Of a stretch of DNA of 64,000 nucleotides, positions 56,945 to 64,000 are shown piece after piece. A model generated the notes under the pieces. The model ran no database searches, was not told where the DNA came from, and saw only the letters and a program-made list of their open reading frames with translations. The stretch comes from Octopus vulgaris (taxonomy: Eukaryota). Numbering within the stretch: the stretch's first letter is position 1; the number at the start of each line of letters is the position of its first letter. Position numbers and translations under genes: made by a program. The stretch is from contig OX597833.1 of NCBI GenBank assembly GCA_951406725.2, forward strand, positions 7,688,001 to 7,752,000, read 5' to 3'.

Positions 56945-57272
56945 CCTTTCTACTATTGGCACAAGGCCTGAAATTTGTGGGGAGGGGTCGAGTCGATTAC
57001 ATCGATCCCAGTGTTTTACTGCTACTTAATTTATCGACCCCGAAGGGATGAAAGCAAGGTCGATCTCGGCTGAATTTGAACTCAGAACGACCGCTAAGCA
57101 TTTCGTCCAGCGAAAGAGTCAGCAGAAGTTCGCCATTACGTTCTGGCGGAACCGCGTGGAGCTTAGGTGTTTCGCTCATAAACACACACATCGCCCGGTC
57201 TGAGATTCGAACCCGCGATCCCTCGACCGCGAGTTCGTCCGCTGATCTAACCACTAGGCCATGTGCCTCCAC
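56944..57272 (-). mobile_element. chimeric SINE: family D (OR-like) head fused to family B body and tail
   Basis: Minus strand GTGGAGGCACATGGCCTAGTGGTTAG...GGTTCGAATCTC...GAGCGAAACACCTAAGCTCC, then CGCTGGACGAAATGCTTAGCGG...family B. Confidence 0.8.
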
Positions 57273-58156
57273 TACACACACACACACACACACACATACA
57301 TATATATATAAAGAGAGACGGACAGACAGACAGAGATACATACATTCATACATACATACATACATACATTCATACATATATACATACATACATACATACA
57401 TTCATACATACATACATGTATGCATACATACATACATACATACATACATACATACATACATACATACATACATACATACAAACACACATACATACACACA
57501 TACATACATACATACATACACACATACATACATACATACATACATGCATACATACATTCATACATACATACATACATACATGCATACATACATTCATACA
57601 TACATACATACATACACACATACACACACACATACATACATACATACATACACACACACATACATACATACATACATACATACACACATACATACATACA
57701 TTCATACATACATACATACATACATACATACATACATACATACATGCATACATACATACATACATTCATACATACATACATACATACATACATACATACA
57801 TACATACATACATACATACATACATACATACATACATACATGCATATGTACACACACAATCACGGGGAGGGGTCGAGTCGATTACATCGATCCCAGTGTT
57901 TTACTGCTACTTAATTTATCGACCCCGAAGGGATGAAAGCAAGGTCGATCTCGGCTGAATTTGAACTCAGAACGACCGCTAAGCATTTCGTCCAGCGAAA
58001 GAGTCAGCAGAAGTTCGCCATTACGTTCTGGCGGAACCGCGTGGAGCTTAGGTGTTTCGCTCATAAACACACACATCGCCCGGTCTGAGATTCGAACCCG
58101 CGATCCCTCGACCGCGAGTTCGTCCGCTGATCTAACCACTAGGCCATGTGCCTCCA

Positions 58157-58199
<43 letters not shown>

Positions 58200-58773
58200 T
58201 ATATATATAAAGAGAGACGGACAGACAGACAGAGATACATACATTCATACATACATACATACATACATTCATACATATATACATACATACATACATACAT
58301 TCATACATACATACATATGCATACATACATACATACATACATACATACATACATACATACATACATACATACATACATAATACATACATACATACACACA
58401 TACATACATACATACATACACACATACATACATACATACATACATGCATACATACATTCATACATACATACATACATACATGCATACATACATACATGCA
58501 TACATACATACATACATACACACATACACACACACATACATACATACATACATACACACACACATACATACATACATACATACATACACACATACATACA
58601 TACATTCATACATACATACATACATACATACATACATACATACATACATACATACATACATACATACATTCATACATACATATACATACATACATACATA
58701 CATACATACATACATACATACATACATACATACATACATACATACATACATGCATATGTACACACACAATCAC
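56979..58773. repeat. tandem duplication, units 56979-57863 and 57864-58773
   Basis: Non-microsatellite parts look identical; differences are confined to the (CA)n/(TACA)n tracts. Confidence 0.95.
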
Positions 58774-59199
58774 GCATTTCAGTCTAAGTCCTGGTTTAAC
58801 AAACGGAAAACAAGACAAGCAACACAAGGAACGACCCTTCATCAGTTGCCGGCTGTTTTTTCTAATCCGTATTTCGAGCGATTCACGACGGCAGCTTTTT
58901 GTAGACCGAGGAAGATGGTTGTACAATTTCTGGATGAAAATATAACGGTGATCTATTATCCATCCAGGGACCAAAAGCCAATTGTTAGAAGAGCAGACAT
59001 TAGTAATATCTATCCATCAAATGGACATCACCTGTACAGGTGCACAGATGTGCCACACGTCAGGTGTCAAAATGATCGCGGAGCAACATCAGGTGAAGTG
59101 TTTTGTGAAGTGTTTTGTGGTGGTGGTGGTGGTGGTGGTGGTTGTTGGTCGTGTAGCTGGTGGTGATGTAGTGTTACAGGACTAGAATAGTACCATCAT

Positions 59200-59411
59200 A
59201 TATATCTGTATGTGACCTCGTGTGTACCGTTGGCGATTTTTTTCCTCTGTCTTCCCTTCTCTGGATCTTTCCTTCTCCTATGTTTCCGACGAAGAGCTCC
59301 GCTCGAAACGTTAAACCCTCCTTCTTTCCTTCTTTCCTGAGCGTCCAATAATACTATATTTGTTCCACGTCCTCGCGTTGTTGTGTTTTTTTTGTGCTTT
59401 CTTGTTTGGAT

Positions 59412-59416
<5 letters not shown>
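59200..59416 (+). mobile_element. non-autonomous PLE-like repeat with minimal hammerhead motif, ending in (TA)n
   Basis: GTTT-CCGACGA-A-GAGC-TCC-GCTC-GAAACGTT-AAAC at 59282-59316; homologous to 2005-2220. Confidence 0.65.
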
Positions 59417-59481
<65 letters not shown>

Positions 59482-60229
59482 TATATACATACGTATACGT
59501 ACATACTTACATTTATACGTATATATATGTGCATATGTGGGCACAGGACGTCACAAAACATGAACAACAAAAAATACGAAGTACGAGGACATGGAATAAG
59601 GACCTTTTTTGCAAACAACGAAAGGAACAAACGGAAAACAAGACAAGCAACACAAGGAACGACCCTTCATCAGTTGCCGGCTGTTTTTTCTAATCCGTAT
59701 TTCGAGCGATTCACGACGGCAGCTTTTTGTAGACCGAGGAAGATGGTTGTACAATTTCTGGATGAAAAATCTGCACAAAAGATTTGCTCATAGAGATCAA
59801 ATGTTTGAGCTGTCCCTCCATCAAATGGACATCACCTGTACAGGTGCACAGATGTGCCACACGTCAGGTGTCAAAATGATCGCGGAGCAACATCAGGTGA
59901 AGTGTTTTGTGAAGTGTTTTGTGGTGGTGGTGGTGGTGGTGGTGGTTGTTTGTGGTGGTGGTGGTGGTGGTGGCGACTGTGTATTTGTTGATGATTTTCT
60001 CTTTCTTTGTTTTTGACGTTTTATTTATTATTTTTTTTTGTTAGCCGAGGTTGATGAGTCGAAGTTTCGTTGTTTGTTTTGTACTGTTGTAATTCATTTG
60101 TTATTGTCGTTTTTGTTCTTGATGGTGGTGATGATGATGGTGATGATGGTTCTAGTGGAGGTGATGTCCATAACACTTATTTAAATACTTCGGGGCATTT
60201 GGGTCGCTGTCCTTGTAAGTTATTTGTAC

Positions 60230-60280
<51 letters not shown>

Positions 60281-61205
60281 CGTCGTCGTCGTCGTTGTCA
60301 TTGTTGTTGTTGTGGTTGTTTAAATCAAAATGTTAGCGAAAGTAAAGGTATCGTTTGAAATCCCAAATGGCCCATTGGCGGATTGTTAAGATGGAGGAAG
60401 AAACAAAGAGAGAGAGAGAGAGAGAGAAAAAGTAGAAAGTCATACAGAGAGAGGGGGAGAGAGATGAATGTTGTAATGTAATGTATGTTAGCCGCCATGT
60501 TACAACGATGTAAAACTTGCAGAAGTGTGGCAGCAGGAGAGGGGGAGGGGAATTCATCGAGGTGTATATATGTGATTGTATTTTGGCGGATATGTGTATG
60601 TATGCGAATGTGTGGTTATGTGTGTGTACAACTCAGTATGTGTGTGTGTGTGTGTGTGGTAAGTTTTGTTATGGATGACGTCATGCATCACGTGTCAACT
60701 AATTGTCTGTTCTGTGACTCTTAAAGACGACTTGGACATCTGTTGCTATCAATGTGCGGTTTAATAAATTTGAGATTTACTATTCTCTGCCTCCACCTAC
60801 TTCTCATCGACAGGAATACAGCCTCTCTTACTCTCTCTCTCTCTCTCTCACACACACGCACACACACTATCTTTCACTCTCTCTCTCACGCTTTCTCTCT
60901 CTCTCCAATAACCTACACATTGTATCTATCTCTCCGCTCAATATCCTCACACTGTGTCTATCCATTCAACATCTACACACTCTGTCTATTTATGCAATCA
61001 ACGTCTACACACATTTTTTCTATTCTAATATATAAAACTGGCCGTCCTAGGACATCTTGCAATGATGAGTGTATTGCTTGATGCTATTAACCTGTTCGTA
61101 AGATTAACGGGCAAGTGGCTGAGCACTCCACAGACACGTGTACCCTAACTCATTTAACATCTACGCTCTATAAGTCTCAAATCAACATTTACTCACCATC
61201 TTTGC

Positions 61206-61274
<69 letters not shown>

Positions 61275-61288
61275 CAGCCATCCATCTA

Positions 61289-61384
<96 letters not shown>

Positions 61385-61387
<3 letters not shown>

Positions 61388-61760
61388 GAGGCGCAATGGC
61401 CCAATGGTGAAAGCAGCGGACTCGCGGTCACAGGATTGAGGTTTCGATTCCAAGACCGGGCGTTGTGAGTGTTTATTGAGCGAAAACACCTAATGCTCCG
61501 CGAGACACCGGCAGTGGGTGGTGGTGAACCCTGCGGTACTCTCTCACTACAACTTTATCTCACTCTTCCTGTTTCTCTTGTACCTGTATTTCAAAGGGCC
61601 AGCCTTCTCAAACACTGTATCACGCTGATTCTCCCCGAGAACTACGTTAAGGGTACACCTGTCTATGGAGTTCTCAGCCACTTGTACGTTAATTTCACGA
61701 ACAGGCTGTTCCGTTGATCGGATCAACTGGAACCTCGTAGTCGTAACCGACGGAGTACTA

Positions 61761-61761
<1 letters not shown>
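61385..61761 (+). mobile_element. tRNA-derived SINE family D (OR-like), full length, inside (TA)n
   Basis: GTGGAGGCGCAATGGCCCAATGG...ACTCGCGG...GTTTCGATTCC; tail CGGATCAACTGGAACCTCGTAGTCGTAACCGACGG shared with family C. Confidence 0.85.
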
Positions 61762-61802
<41 letters not shown>

Positions 61803-62499
61803 GCACACGCGCATATATATACATCTACAATTTCTGTCAATGCCATACATATCTACACACTGTATTTCGCTCATTACATTATACACACTGGTATTTATCA
61901 AGTCAGGACCAACGCAGATAATTCTGATGTAGAAAAAAAACTCTTCCTCTTTTTCTCCTCCCTCTCCTCCTCCTCCCCTTCCTCCCCCTCCTTCCCCACT
62001 GCTTTTATTACATCTTGTATAAAATACCAGACGCCAATGAAATGAAACAGACGCAAAAATCATAACAAGGGGACACAAGAGGAGAAAACCCCTTCAACAA
62101 CTCCCTCCTCTCGTGACACACACTCTGCATGTAGTTTGTACAGGAAGTGGAATTAAGGGGTAAAAAATGGTGCCGTTCTTCCGCATGACAGGTTCCACCA
62201 TAAAACGATGTGTTAACATCTGGGGCTAAGTGTGCACCCCACCCACGACCACCACCACTTAGGGAGTTATCAACAGCAAATTGTAAGGGGAGTATCAATA
62301 ACTAGTGGAGTGTAGTCAGGGGCGGAGCTGCGGAGATATCACTGTAGGGGGTTATCAGTGACCCCTTCTTGACGCACAGACACACATATGCTAACGTGGG
62401 AGGGTATAGTTATCACTGACAACACTAAGGAGTTAATGATGACAACGATATTAATGGGTGATCATTCTTCCGCGAACAAATTAGACTGGGTGTATACGG

Positions 62500-62821
62500 G
62501 TGGATGGATGGATGGATGGATGGATGGATGGATGGATGGATGGGTGGGTGGGTGGGTGGGTGGGTGGGTGGATGGATGGATGGATGGGTGGGTGGATGGA
62601 TGGGTGGATGGATGGGTGGATAGATTTAGATAGATGGATGGATGGATGGATGGGTGGATGAGTGGATGGATGGACGGAGGGATGGATGGATGGATGGGTG
62701 ATGGATGGATGGATGGATGGATGGATGGATGGATGGATGGATGATGGATGGATGGATGGGTGAATGGATGGATGGATGGACGGACGGACGGAGGGATGGA
62801 TGGATGGATGGATGGATGGGT

Positions 62822-62854
<33 letters not shown>

Positions 62855-62925
62855 ATGGATGGATGGATGGGTGAATGGATGGGTGGGTGGACGGACGGAC
62901 GGAGGGATGGATGGATGGATGGATG
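62500..62925. repeat. (GGAT/GGGT/GGAC)n compound microsatellite
   Basis: Visible directly. Confidence 0.95.
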
Positions 62926-63025
62926 TGCGACTATTGTATCAATCAACCGATCTAATAATCAATCAATGATTTTCTATTTATATATCCCTCATATACATAC
63001 ATACTTACACACACATATATACACA

Positions 63026-63100
<75 letters not shown>

Positions 63101-63126
63101 CAATATTATTATTTGTGAGATTCATA

Positions 63127-63230
63127 AAGCGGCGAGCTGGCAGAATCGTTAGTACGCCGGGCGAAATGCGTAGCCGTATTTCGTCTGCCGCTACGTTCCG
63201 AGTTCAAATTCCGCCGAGGTCGACATTGCC
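63127..63230 (+). mobile_element. SINE family B, 3'-truncated
   Basis: GCGGCGAGCTGGCAGAATCGTTAG...GAGTTCAAATTCCGCCGAGGTCGAC. Confidence 0.85.
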
Positions 63231-63609
63231 TGAGGCGACGCTTCTGCATCGAGAGACGCACCACAACCAGTTGTACCGTATCCCACCAGCGAGGGATCGA
63301 TACAGGATGGGTCAAAATGATCGTTGTCAGCACGGAAGTTTCTCCTATATTCCGTACGGGACAAAATAGCAAAAGGAGTCTAACTCTTCCTCAGTTGTCG
63401 CCTGTTAATTACTTCCCGTTTCATGCTTTTGACTTTAAAAGCACGAAACAAGTAGTAATAAAGAGTCGACAACCGAGGAGGAGTAGTAGACTTCTTTTGC
63501 TATTTTGTCTCTCATTGTGTTTACGGAGTTTTCGCTCGTCGGTGATGTTTTGTACTTATTGTGCATTTTTTCATTTTTATTTAATAATTGAACGCCACGC
63601 AGCCTACAA

Positions 63610-63688
<79 letters not shown>

Positions 63689-63692
63689 CTTT

Positions 63693-64000
63693 CTTTTATT
63701 TTCTTTTACTTGTTTCAGTCATTTGACTGCGGCCTTGCTGGAGCACCGCCTTTAGTCGAGCAAATCGATCCCGGGACTTATTCTTTGTAAGCCCAGTACT
63801 TATTCTATCGGTCTCTTTTGCCGAACCGCTAAGTGACGGGGACGTAAACACACCAGCATCGGTTGTCAAGCTATGCTAGGGGGACAAACACGGACACACA
63901 AACATATATACACACATACATACATATATATATACATATATACGACAGGCTTCTTTCAGTTTCCGTCTACCAAATCCACTCACAAGACTTTGGTCGGCCC
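63693..64000 (-). mobile_element. SINE family A, running off the window end
   Basis: Close match to 26854-27160. Confidence 0.9.

Noticed and set aside
62490-62925. MDGW-repeat ORFs superficially like reflectin (M/D/G/W-rich)
   Set aside because: Pure (GGAT)n microsatellite; lacks the reflectin motif and its Tyr/Arg/Pro content.

Overview
Eukaryotic (animal) genomic DNA, AT-rich and saturated with microsatellites: (TA)n, (CA)n, (TACA)n, (GATA)n, (GGAT)n, (AAT)n and (GAT)n. The tRNA-derived SINE families and overall repeat landscape match what I recall of Octopus/coleoid cephalopod genomes; this is an inference, not a search result. Nearly all ORFs in the supplied track are microsatellite artefacts. 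Supportable content: (i) over 25 copies of three or four tRNA-derived SINE families; (ii) 5'-truncated or decayed LINEs (CR1-type, R4/Dong-type, RTE-type, probable Tx1/L1 tail); (iii) Penelope-like element (PLE) remnants, including a clear GIY-YIG endonuclease fragment, fold-back structures and minimal hammerhead-ribozyme-like motifs; (iv) a hATm-like transposase remnant split by a CR1 insertion, a complete non-autonomous Helitron, and mariner, piggyBac-like and long-TIR MITEs; (v) the probable 3' end of an unidentified + strand gene, with a convincing terminal exon and poly(A) signal at 25.2-25.8 kb and several phase-compatible small upstream exon candidates; (vi) recent local duplications at 57-60 kb. 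The most unusual signals are the recurring hammerhead-core motifs in two topologies and the orphan multi-exon gene. Coordinates of degenerate repeats are approximate.
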